Source: an uncultured Gemmatimonadaceae bacterium (lineage in GTDB: Bacteria; Gemmatimonadota; Gemmatimonadetes; Longimicrobiales; RSA9). From it: a stretch of DNA of 58,158 nt. Location: contig CAYQCY010000006.1 of NCBI GenBank assembly GCA_964416095.1, positions 1-58,158 of the forward strand, given 5' to 3'. The notes beneath the pieces are model-generated. The model did not search any database, had not been told where the DNA came from, and saw only the letters and a list, made by a program, of their open reading frames with translations. Shown here one piece after another: positions 1-8,914 of the stretch (positions are counted from its first letter, which is position 1; every line of letters begins with the position of its first letter). A program made the position numbers and the translations under genes.

Positions 1-4
1 GTTG

Positions 5-94
5 GAGCACTGCGAGTTGGAGCACCGCGAGGGGGAGCACGGCGAGTTGGAGCACCGCGAGGGGGAACACGGCGAGGGGGAGCACTGCGAGGGG
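5..94. repeat. 15-bp tandem repeat, 6 copies (GA[G/A]CACNGCGAG[T/G][T/G]G), probably truncated by window start
   Basis: Units gagcactgcgagttg / gagcaccgcgagggg / gagcacggcgagttg / gagcaccgcgagggg / gaacacggcgagggg / gagcactgcgagggg read directly. Confidence 0.9.
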
Positions 95-183
95 GGTGGA
101 GCCGGGGCTTTCTGGGCCTGCCCTTGCCCCTGCTTCTGTCCCCTCTACCTTTTGGCGACGATGTCCCGCACCCCTGACGCAGC

Positions 184-1101
184 ATGACGGACACCGCGCC
201 CGGAGCCGATTCGACGAGAGCGGGCTACGTAGCCCTGGTCGGGTGTCCGAACGTGGGGAAGTCCACGCTCATGAACCGGTTCGCGGGCGAGAAGCTGAGC
301 ATCGTGACGGAGCGGGAGCAGACGACGCGGGAGCGGGTGACGGGGATCGTGACGACGGGGACGACTCAGTTGGTGTTCGTGGACACGCCGGGTCTGCTGG
401 ACCCGCGATACCTGCTGCAGCGTTCGATGCTGGGCGAAGCGCTGCGGGCGGTGGAGGACGCGGACGTCGTGCTGTTGATCCTGGACGCGACGCGGCCCGA
501 GGAGACCCGTCCGGCTGGAGAGGCTCTGGCGCGTTTGTCGGACAGGCGGGACTCGTTGGTGGTGGCGGTGAACAAGGTGGATGCGGCGCCGGCCGGGGCG
601 GTGGATGCGCTGGAGCGGTGGACGCAGGAGACGTTCGGGCTGGATGCGTGCCCGCTGTCGGCGGAGCGCGGGGAGGGGGTGGCGGAGCTGCGCGTGGAGC
701 TGGAGGAGCGGCTGCCGGCGTCGCCGTTCTTCTACCCGCCGGACGAGATCGCGGTGCAGCCGCTGCGCTTCTTCGTGGCGGAGCTGATCCGGGAGACGAT
801 CTTCGAGGAGTACGAGCAGGAGGTGCCGTATTCGACGGTGGTCCGGGTAGAGGAGTATCGGGAGGCGGAGCGGCCGATCTACATCCGGGCAACGGTGTAC
901 GTGGAGCGGAACAGCCAGAAGGGCATCATCATCGGGAAGGGCGGGGAAGCGATCAAGGAGCTCGGCCGCGGGGCCCGGGCGAAGGTGGAGGCGTTCGTGG
1001 GCGAGCGGGTGTACCTGGACCTGTGGGTGAAGGTACTGCCGGGGTGGCGGAAGAAAGCAGCGACGCTGCGGCGTCTGGGATATTCGGTCCCGGACGGTTA
1101 G
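184..1101 (+). CDS. era: GTPase Era
   Basis: [11 protein letters not shown]-loop, QTTR, DTPG, NKVD motifs; C-terminal KH domain ([11 protein letters not shown]). Confidence 0.97.
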   Translation: MTDTAPGADSTRAGYVALVGCPNVGKSTLMNRFAGEKLSIVTEREQTTRERVTGIVTTGTTQLVFVDTPGLLDPRYLLQRSMLGEALRAVEDADVVLLILDATRPEETRPAGEALARLSDRRDSLVVAVNKVDAAPAGAVDALERWTQETFGLDACPLSAERGEGVAELRVELEERLPASPFFYPPDEIAVQPLRFFVAELIRETIFEEYEQEVPYSTVVRVEEYREAERPIYIRATVYVERNSQKGIIIGKGGEAIKELGRGARAKVEAFVGERVYLDLWVKVLPGWRKKAATLRRLGYSVPDG

Positions 1102-1160
1102 ACTTCGGATGGCGCGGGCCATCCGGGTGTATTCCCGAACCGATCACCGAGAGGTACGGC

Positions 1161-1331
1161 ATGCTGGACGAGAAGCTGCTGGAGATCCTGGTCTGCCCGA
1201 AGTGCAAGGGCGAGCTGGAGTATCGTGAAGAGGACGGGGAGCTGGTGTGCCATGCCTGCCGGCTGGCCTACGAGGTCCGGGACGACATCCCCATCATGCT
1301 CATCGACGAGGCCAGGCCGACGGACGGGTGA
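1161..1331 (+). CDS. Trm112/YcaR family zinc-binding protein (56 aa)
   Basis: [19 protein letters not shown]...[15 protein letters not shown] signature; GAGG upstream; forms the tail of track ORF 96..1331. Confidence 0.9.
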   Translation: MLDEKLLEILVCPKCKGELEYREEDGELVCHACRLAYEVRDDIPIMLIDEARPTDG

Positions 1332-1345
1332 GCGGGCGGTTGTCG

Positions 1346-2326
1346 ATGCTTGCGCGTATCTTGAGCGTTGCGGCGCTGCTCGCCGTAGGGGCGGCGCCCC
1401 TGCTGGGGCAGACGGATCCGACAGACTCGTCGGGGACGGGTGAGTGCTGCCTGGTCCTGCTCATCCCGGTGGGAGCTCGTTCGGTGGCGCTGGGCGGGGC
1501 GCTGACGGCCCGGGGCACGCCGGACGCCGTGTTCCGGAATCCGGCGGGTCTCGCCGCAGTGACGGAGGACGCCTTCCTGGTGCACCACTCGGAGCAGGAG
1601 TTCGCGTCCACGGCCGACGCGTTCACGCTGCTGTTGACACCGGGCGGGATCGGCACGCTCGGCATCTCGTACGAGCTGTTCGACCACGGCGACATCGAGA
1701 CCCGGGACGCGAACAACCAGGCCACCGGCCTCCTGGTGCTGCGGAGCCACCTGCTGGTCGTTTCGTTCGCCACCCGGTTGGGCGGCGGGCTGTCCGCCGG
1801 ACTGAACTACAAGCTGTTCCACGACCGTATCGACTGTAGCGGTGCCTGCCTGGGGCTTGAAGTAGCCGGGACCACGCACGGGGCGGATGCCGGCATCCGC
1901 TACCAGCCGTCGTGGCTGGAAGCGCTGGAGCTGGGCGCGTCGCTGGTGAATGCGGGGTTCGGCCTCCAGGTGGTGAACGCGGAGGAGGCGGACCCGCTGC
2001 CGACGCGGGTCCACCTGGGCGCCGCGTACCAGGTGCTGCACGGGCTGCCGACTTCGGACGCCCTGGCGTTGTGGCTCTCGGCGGAGCTGACCGACGAGTG
2101 GCGCGAGCCCGGTGACCCTACACCCTCCTTCGGTGCCGAGCTCGGGGTGGGCGAGGTGGTGTATCTCAGAGCCGGTTACGTCCCCGGCGAAGGGCTGGGG
2201 AAGGGTGGTGCGGTGGGACTCGGCGTCCGTTACCAGTCATTGACCCTCGGCCTGGGCAAGCCGTTCACGAGCACGCTGGACCCGGAGGCGGAGCCGTTCC
2301 AGGTGACGTTCGGGGTGGCGTTCTGA
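1346..2326 (+). CDS. PorV/PorQ (UPF0164)-like outer-membrane beta-barrel protein
   Basis: Signal peptide; LLIPVGARSVALGGA...FRNPAGLA family motif; amphipathic strands; C-terminal Phe (VTFGVAF). Confidence 0.8.
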   Translation: MLARILSVAALLAVGAAPLLGQTDPTDSSGTGECCLVLLIPVGARSVALGGALTARGTPDAVFRNPAGLAAVTEDAFLVHHSEQEFASTADAFTLLLTPGGIGTLGISYELFDHGDIETRDANNQATGLLVLRSHLLVVSFATRLGGGLSAGLNYKLFHDRIDCSGACLGLEVAGTTHGADAGIRYQPSWLEALELGASLVNAGFGLQVVNAEEADPLPTRVHLGAAYQVLHGLPTSDALALWLSAELTDEWREPGDPTPSFGAELGVGEVVYLRAGYVPGEGLGKGGAVGLGVRYQSLTLGLGKPFTSTLDPEAEPFQVTFGVAF

Positions 2327-2450
2327 TGGGGCTCGTCCTGGTCCCGGCCGCCGAGGCATCGGCGGGTCCGCGCCTGCGCGCCGTCGTGGAGCTTGACGGG
2401 GCGCTCCGCTGGTCCGCCGGGATCGAAATCCCCTGGCACTGAAGGAACCC

Positions 2451-4556
2451 ATGCCCATCTCGCCGGACCGCATCGTGGCCTACCTCCGCCAGGAGGCGGA
2501 CCGACCCCTGAAAGCGAAGGAGCTGGCGAAGGGGCTGGGCGTCTCCTCGCACGACTACGCCGCCTTCCGCGACCAGTTGCGGCGCCTGGAGCGGCAAGGC
2601 GTGCTCTACCGGGCCAAGCAGCAGCGCTACGCGGTGCCGAAACGCCTCAACCTGGCCGTGGGGCGACTGCAGGTGATCCGAAGCGGATCGGCCTTCCTCG
2701 TGCCGGACGACGAGTCACCGGACGTGTTCGTGCCGGCCCAGGAGCTGGGCTCGGCGGTGGACGGCGACCGGGCCGTGGTCCGCGTGGAGCGCCGCAGACG
2801 CGGCGAGCGCCCGGAAGGCACCGTCATCCGGGTGCTGGAGCGGGCCCGGACCAGCGTGGTGGGAGTGTACCACCCGAAGCACAGCTACGGCTTCGTCGTC
2901 CCGGAAGACCTGAAATTGAACCGGGATGTCTTCGTGCCACCGGACGGGGCCGGAGAGGCCCGGGACGGGGACGTGGTGGTGGTGGACATCGAGGACTGGG
3001 GTGACGACAGCCGTGGGCCGGCGGGACGGGTGCGGGAGGTCCTCGGGCATTTCGGCGAGCCCGGCGTGGACGTGCTGGCCGTGATTCACGGCCACGAGCT
3101 GCCGCTGGAGTTCCCGCGTCCGGTGGAGGAGCAGGCCGAGGCCCTGCGGGTCCGGGGGGTGCAGCTCGGCGATGGGGACCGTGTGGACCTGCGCGGCCGC
3201 CTCGTGTTCACCATCGACCCCGAGGACGCCAAGGACCACGACGACGCGCTCTCGGTCCAGTCGCTGGATGATGGCGGCTGGGAGGTCGGCGTGCACATCG
3301 CCGATGTGGCGCACTACGTGGACGAGGGCGGCGCCATCGACGGCGAAGCGCTCGAACGCGGCACCAGCGTCTACCTGGTGGACCGGGTGATCCCCATGTT
3401 GCCGGAGGCGCTGTCGGCGGACCTGTGCTCGCTCCGTCCCCACGAGGACCGCCTCGCCGTGTCGGTGCTGATGCGGCTGGACGGGGATGTGCGGGTGGCC
3501 GAGCATCGGATCGAGCGCACCCTGATCCGGAGCGCGCACCGCCTCTCGTACGACGACGCCCAGGCCGTCCTCGACGGCAACGCGTCCATCGACGACGAGA
3601 CGGATGCCGCCATCCGGACCCTGGGCCATATCAGCGGCCGCCTGAGAGAGCGGCGCCACGGCCGTGGCAGCCTGGACTTCGACCTGCCCCAGGCCCGGGT
3701 GATCCTGAACACGCAGGGAGAGCCCACGGACATCGAACGGGTCCTGCGCCTGGAGAGCCACCGGCTGGTGGAGGACTTCATGCTGCTGGCGAACCACCTG
3801 GTGGCGAAGGAGGCCCTGGCCCGGAAGCTCAGGATCCTGCACCGCGTGCACGAGCCGCCGGACCCGGACCGCATGGATCAGCTCCGGGAGACCCTCGCCG
3901 GGGTAGGCCACCAACTGAAGCCCGGGAAGGTGCAACCGAAGGACCTGCAGTCGATCCTGTCCAGGGCCCGGGGCCGGCCGGAGGAGAACCTGGTGAACAC
4001 GGTCGTGCTGCGCAGCATGAAGCAGGCGCGGTACAGCGAGAAGAGCCTGGGACATTTCGGGCTGGCGACGGAGCACTATACGCACTTCACCTCACCGATC
4101 CGGCGCTACGCCGATCTCATCGTGCACCGGGTCGTGACCGGAGCCATCCTGGATGGCGTCCCGGCCGTCGAGCTGCCGGCTGCCGAGACGCTGGCCGAGC
4201 TGGGCCGCCATTCGAGCGAGCGGGAGAGGGTCGCCGTGAACGCGGAGCGCGACAGCGTGGACCTGAAGAAGGTCGAGTTCATGGAGCGGCACCTGGGCGA
4301 GACCTTCCGGGGCACCGTCAGCGGGGTGAAGGCGTTCGGGTTCTTCGTGCTGCTGGACGAGTTCTTCGTGGAGGGGCTCGTGCACGTGAGCTCGCTGGAG
4401 GACGACTACTACGTCTTCCAGGAGGAGCGGCACGCGCTGACGGGCGAGCATCGCCGCCGCCAGTTCCGTCTGGGCGACCCGGTGCGGGTCCGGGTGGACC
4501 GGGTGGACATCGAGCAAAGGAACATCGATTTCCGCTTCGTCGACCGGGACGACTGA
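2451..4556 (+). CDS. rnr: Ribonuclease R
   Basis: N-terminal HTH and cold-shock domains; RNB catalytic TIDPEDAKDHDDA; HFTSPIRRYADL; C-terminal S1 domain. Confidence 0.97.
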   Translation: MPISPDRIVAYLRQEADRPLKAKELAKGLGVSSHDYAAFRDQLRRLERQGVLYRAKQQRYAVPKRLNLAVGRLQVIRSGSAFLVPDDESPDVFVPAQELGSAVDGDRAVVRVERRRRGERPEGTVIRVLERARTSVVGVYHPKHSYGFVVPEDLKLNRDVFVPPDGAGEARDGDVVVVDIEDWGDDSRGPAGRVREVLGHFGEPGVDVLAVIHGHELPLEFPRPVEEQAEALRVRGVQLGDGDRVDLRGRLVFTIDPEDAKDHDDALSVQSLDDGGWEVGVHIADVAHYVDEGGAIDGEALERGTSVYLVDRVIPMLPEALSADLCSLRPHEDRLAVSVLMRLDGDVRVAEHRIERTLIRSAHRLSYDDAQAVLDGNASIDDETDAAIRTLGHISGRLRERRHGRGSLDFDLPQARVILNTQGEPTDIERVLRLESHRLVEDFMLLANHLVAKEALARKLRILHRVHEPPDPDRMDQLRETLAGVGHQLKPGKVQPKDLQSILSRARGRPEENLVNTVVLRSMKQARYSEKSLGHFGLATEHYTHFTSPIRRYADLIVHRVVTGAILDGVPAVELPAAETLAELGRHSSERERVAVNAERDSVDLKKVEFMERHLGETFRGTVSGVKAFGFFVLLDEFFVEGLVHVSSLEDDYYVFQEERHALTGEHRRRQFRLGDPVRVRVDRVDIEQRNIDFRFVDRDD

Positions 4557-4592
4557 AGCGCCGATCGGGCCGTCATGACGCGGAGATTCCAT

Positions 4593-4621
4593 TTGACATG
4601 CCCTCGGGCGCGCGGTAGCTT
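4593..4621 (+). promoter_or_regulatory. sigma70-type promoter for the GGDEF/zinc-ribbon operon
   Basis: TTGACA-17 bp-TAGCTT in the intergenic gap. Confidence 0.7.
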
Positions 4622-4661
4622 CGGGAGACTTCTCTCCCCTGGAGACTAGACCTTTTCGGCG

Positions 4662-5660
4662 ATGCACTACAAGCCGATCGTGGTGTTCCATTCACCGGAC
4701 GGGCGGACACCGCCTGAATCGCTGCATACCTTTGCGGCGGAACGGGGATTCCGCATCGAAACGCTGCGGTCCACCTCCGAGGTCCTGGCTCTGGTGAACC
4801 GTACGTTCCCCGCGTGCGTCGTCATGGACACGGACTGTCTCACGGAGTGCATGGAGACGTGCGTCGTCCTGAAGGGAGACTCCTTCAGCGCCATCATCCC
4901 CGTCATCTTCATGACGGCCGATGAAGACGAAGATGCGATCCTGGGAGCACTCGACGCCGGGGCCGACGAGATCCTCACCGGCACCATGAGCGAAGCGGAG
5001 TGGCGGAGCCGGCTGGAGGTCACCCTGTCCCGGGCGGACCGGGACGTGAGCGTTCATCCATCCACGCGTCTGCCCGGCACCGCCCAGATCGAGCGCGACA
5101 TGGGGGAGCGCATGCGGAGCGGGCAGACCTTCGCGGTCTGCTACGCGGACCTGGATTATTTCAAGGAGTTCAACGACCGGTACGGGTACAACCGGGGCGA
5201 TGGTGTGATCCTGCTCCTCTCGCGGGTCCTGAGGGACGTGGTCAAGGCGTACTCGCCGGGCGGCTTCATCGGGCACATCGGCGGGGACGACTTCATCTTC
5301 ATCGTGCCGGTGGAGCACATGGACGTCTGCTGCGAGGAGATCCTTGCCATCTTCGACGAGCTGATCCCGTATCAGTACTCGGAGCAGGACCGGCAGAAGC
5401 GATCCTTTCTCGCGAAGGACCGCCGTGGTAACATCCATGATGTGCCGCTCATGAGCCTCTCCGTCGGGGTCGTGACGAACCGGAAACGGAACTTCGTGCA
5501 CACGGCCCGCGTCAGCGAGCTGGCGACGGAGATGAAGTCGTACGCCAAGACTCTGCCCGGCTCCGTGTACGCCGTCGATCGCCGGTCCGACCAGGACCAG
5601 GGCGAGGTGGACGCCGGGGCCGGGACGACCTCGGATCTCGAGACCTCGGCGACGTCATGA
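4662..5660 (+). CDS. Receiver-like domain plus GGDEF domain protein (diguanylate cyclase-like)
   Basis: ALDAGADEIL receiver-like tail; DLDYFKEFNDRYGYNRGD; GHIGGDDF active-site motif. Confidence 0.88.
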   Translation: MHYKPIVVFHSPDGRTPPESLHTFAAERGFRIETLRSTSEVLALVNRTFPACVVMDTDCLTECMETCVVLKGDSFSAIIPVIFMTADEDEDAILGALDAGADEILTGTMSEAEWRSRLEVTLSRADRDVSVHPSTRLPGTAQIERDMGERMRSGQTFAVCYADLDYFKEFNDRYGYNRGDGVILLLSRVLRDVVKAYSPGGFIGHIGGDDFIFIVPVEHMDVCCEEILAIFDELIPYQYSEQDRQKRSFLAKDRRGNIHDVPLMSLSVGVVTNRKRNFVHTARVSELATEMKSYAKTLPGSVYAVDRRSDQDQGEVDAGAGTTSDLETSATS

Positions 5661-6181
5661 ACATACGCTGCCCCGAGTGCGACACCGTCTACCGGGTTGA
5701 CCCGGACCGCCTGCCCGCGGAAGAGGTACGGACGCGCTGCGACAACTGTGGCACGCTGCTGGCCATCGGACGGGGCGGCACGGTCGCGGCGCTCCGGCTG
5801 GAAGCGGCGCGACCGACGGCGGGCCCCGCACCCCACACGCCGCCCCCGGCCACGGACGCCGGTGCAGACGCACCCGCCGGCACCGTGCACGTGCGTGGGG
5901 AAGAGGAGGAGGAGACGGAGACGCCCGTCTTCGGTCCCCAGGACCCGGACACACGGGCCCGGCGCCTGGCCCGGGCGCTCGTTTCGGACATCGTGGTGTA
6001 TCACCCGGAGCGGCGTGAGAAAAGCCTCGAGGCCGGCACGTTGAGGACGGATTTCCGGGAGGAGATCCTGAAGAGCTGGGAGGAGTATGTAGAGCAGGTC
6101 GGTGAGGAGATGGCGAAGAAGACGCCCTTCTTCCGGGACGCCCTGAACGAGATCCTGGCAAAGGGCCAGAAGGTGTTCTAG
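5657..6181 (+). CDS. Zinc-ribbon (MJ0042-type finger) protein with Pro/Ala/Glu linker and RomX-like C-terminal domain
   Basis: CPEC...CDNC at N terminus; C-terminal RLARALVSDIVVY...EEI...Y...V...FFRDALNEI; ATGA overlap with the GGDEF gene. Confidence 0.75.
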   Translation: MNIRCPECDTVYRVDPDRLPAEEVRTRCDNCGTLLAIGRGGTVAALRLEAARPTAGPAPHTPPPATDAGADAPAGTVHVRGEEEEETETPVFGPQDPDTRARRLARALVSDIVVYHPERREKSLEAGTLRTDFREEILKSWEEYVEQVGEEMAKKTPFFRDALNEILAKGQKVF

Positions 6182-6222
6182 CGGTTGCTGGCGGCCGGCG
6201 CCGCGTGTATGTTCTGGAGGTC

Positions 6223-6253
6223 AAAGGGGCCGTCCGAAGGGCGGCCCTTCTTG
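6223..6253 (+). terminator. Probable intrinsic terminator hairpin
   Basis: AGGGGCCGTCC-GAA-GGGCGGCCCTT stem (two G-U pairs) followed by CTTG; lies between the zinc-ribbon gene and prfB. Confidence 0.55.
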
Positions 6254-6272
6254 CTAGGCGGGAGGGACGACG

Positions 6273-7380
6273 ATGGCCAAGGACACGCTGGAAACGCTTT
6301 ACGATCTGCGAGAGCGCCTCGCTGCGCTCGGAGGTTTTCTTTGACGTCGATGCCATGGCCGACCGGGTCGGCGTGCTGGAGCGGCGCATGGCGGAGCCCG
6401 GGTTCTGGGACGACCCGGATGCGGCGCGGGAGATCGTACGGGAGGTCAACGAGCTGAAGGGTTGGCTGGAGCCGTACCGGGAGGCGGATGCCCGGGCGAC
6501 GGAGCTGTCGGAGCTCGCCCACCTCCTCGAGGAGGAGCCGGACCCGGAGATGAGCGAGGAGCTGGACCGGGAGGTGGAGCGCCTCCAGGCCAGCGTGGAG
6601 CGCCTCGAGCTGCGGAACATGCTGCGGGGCGACGACGATGTCCGGGACGCCATCGTGACGATCCACCCCGGGGCCGGGGGGACGGAGTCGCAGGACTGGG
6701 CCGAGATGCTCATGCGCATGTACTCGCGATGGGCGGAACAGCATGACTACGACGTCCAGATGCTGGATCACCAGCCCGGCGAAGAAGCGGGTATCAAGAG
6801 CGTGACGCTGGAGATCACCGGCCAGTACGCCTTTGGCTTCCTGAAAGCGGAGAAGGGCGTGCACCGCCTGGTGCGCATCTCGCCGTTCGACTCGCAGGGA
6901 CGCCGGCACACGTCCTTCGCCAGCGTCTTCGTCTACCCGGTCGTCGACCAGGACATCGAGATCGACATCGAGGAGAAGGACCTGCGGGTGGACACCTTCC
7001 GTGCATCCGGGGCTGGCGGCCAGCACGTGAACAAGACGAGCTCGGCCGTACGCATCACCCATCTACCCACGGGTATCGTGGTCTCCTGTCAGCAGGAGCG
7101 GAGCCAGCACCAGAACCGGGCCGTGGCCATGAAGATGCTGCGGGCGGCGCTGTACGAGCGAGAGCTGGAGGAGCGGGAGGCGAAGCGGCAGGAGACGGAG
7201 GCGGAGAAGACGGAGATCGGCTGGGGGAACCAGATCCGCTCGTACGTGTTCCAGCCCTACACCCAGGTGACGGACCACCGCACCGACTTGAAGATCGGCA
7301 ACGTCCACGCCGTCATGGACGGTGAGCTGGACCCGTTCATCGAAGCCTACCTGAAGGAATACGGCGCCCGGGTGGCGTGA
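6273..7380 (+). CDS. prfB: Peptide chain release factor 2, with programmed +1 frameshift
   Basis: ATG 6273 gives MAKDTLETLYDLRERLAALGGFL, then CTT-TGA-C (6339-6345) with internal SD GGAGG just upstream; the +1 frame has SPF and GGQ motifs. Confidence 0.97.
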
Positions 7381-7387
7381 GGAGCGG

Positions 7388-8911
7388 ATGAAGGAGACAC
7401 GCAACACCGTCGTCCAGGACCGGCAGGAGAAGCTGGAGCGGCTCCGCGCCCGGGGCGTGGGGCCGTACGCGTACCGGTACGCGGTCACGCACACGGCCGC
7501 GGAAGCCCGGGCGCTCCTCCACGCCGCCGAAGAAGACGACGCGTTGGACGAGGAGGGACTCGGGCCGTCCGTCCGGCTGGGCGGGCGGCTCGTCGGCTTC
7601 CGGGCCCACGGCAAGGCGACCTTCGCGGACCTGGCCGACCGGACGGGCAAGATCCAACTGTTCTTCCGCGCGAACGACCTGGGCGAGGACACGTACGGGC
7701 TGCTCGACCTCCTGGACCTCGGCGATTGGCTGGGGGTGGAGGGGCGGGTGCTCCGGACCCGCATGGGAGAGCCCAGCGTCCGCGTCTCGTCGTTCGAGTT
7801 GCTGGCGAAGTCGCTGCGTCCCCTGCCGGTGGGGAAGGAGGAGACGAGCGAGACCGGGGAGCGGATCGTGCACCACGGCTTCGCGGACATCGAGCAGCGC
7901 TACCGCCGCCGCTACGCCGACCTGGCCGTCCACCCGGAGGTGCGGGAGGTCTTCGTGAAGCGGGCCCGGGTGATCGCGGCGCTGCGCCGCTTCCTGGATG
8001 ATCGGGGGTTCGTGGAGGTGGAGACGCCGGTGCTCCAGCCCCTGTACGGCGGGGCCTCGGCGCGGCCGTTCACCACTCACCACAACGCGCTGGACCTGGA
8101 TCTCTACCTGCGCATCGCCGACGAGCTGTATCTCAAGCGGCTCATCGTGGGCGGGCTCGAGCGGGTCTACGAGATCGGCAAGGACTTCCGCAACGAGGGG
8201 ATCGACCGGACGCACAACCCCGAGTTCACCATGCTCGAGTTCTACCAGGCGTTCGCCGACTACGAGGACATGATGACGCTGGTGGAGGAGATGGTGGCGG
8301 AGGTCGCCCGGACGGTCACCGGCAGCACGACGGTGACCTACGGCGATGTCGTCCTCGACCTGGAGCCGCCGTACGAGCGGCTGCCGTACCTGGACGGGCT
8401 GGCCCGGTACGGCGACGTGGACGCGGCGGCCCCGGACGACGTGCTCCGGGAGCGGGCCCGGGCGCTGGGGGCCGACGAGGCGGATGCGCTGAACCGGGCT
8501 CAGCTCCTGGACCTGCTCTTCAAGGAGCTGGTGGAGCCGCACCTGGTGCAGCCGGTCTTCGTCGTGGACTACCCTCGCGAGCTGTCGCCGCTGGCGAAGC
8601 CCAAGCGGGGCGAGCCGACGCTGACGGAACGCTTCGAGCTGATCGTGGTCGGCCGGGAGCTGGCGAACGCGTTCAGCGAGCTCAACGACCCCTTCGACCA
8701 GCGCGACCGGCTGGAGGTCCAGACCCGGCTCCGGGAAGCGGGAGACGAGGAGGCCCAGACGCTGGACGAGGATTTCCTGCGGGCCCTCGAATACGGCATG
8801 CCGCCCACGGGCGGCGTGGGAATCGGCGTGGACCGGCTCGTCATGTTGCTGACGGACCAGGCGTCGATCCGCGATGTGATCCTGTTCCCCACCATGCGGC
8901 CCGAGGGTTGA
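7388..8911 (+). CDS. lysS: Lysine--tRNA ligase (class II)
   Basis: OB anticodon domain; FRNEGIDRTHNPEFTMLEFY; YGMPPTGGVGIGVDRL. Confidence 0.97.
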   Translation: MKETRNTVVQDRQEKLERLRARGVGPYAYRYAVTHTAAEARALLHAAEEDDALDEEGLGPSVRLGGRLVGFRAHGKATFADLADRTGKIQLFFRANDLGEDTYGLLDLLDLGDWLGVEGRVLRTRMGEPSVRVSSFELLAKSLRPLPVGKEETSETGERIVHHGFADIEQRYRRRYADLAVHPEVREVFVKRARVIAALRRFLDDRGFVEVETPVLQPLYGGASARPFTTHHNALDLDLYLRIADELYLKRLIVGGLERVYEIGKDFRNEGIDRTHNPEFTMLEFYQAFADYEDMMTLVEEMVAEVARTVTGSTTVTYGDVVLDLEPPYERLPYLDGLARYGDVDAAAPDDVLRERARALGADEADALNRAQLLDLLFKELVEPHLVQPVFVVDYPRELSPLAKPKRGEPTLTERFELIVVGRELANAFSELNDPFDQRDRLEVQTRLREAGDEEAQTLDEDFLRALEYGMPPTGGVGIGVDRLVMLLTDQASIRDVILFPTMRPEG

Positions 8912-8914
8912 GCG

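Noticed and set aside
5-94. Possible CRISPR array
   Set aside because: Contiguous 15-bp units with no unique spacers, and no cas genes.
6205-6344. Track start for prfB at 6205
   Set aside because: The N-terminal extension runs through a terminator-like hairpin. The real start is 6273 with a +1 frameshift.
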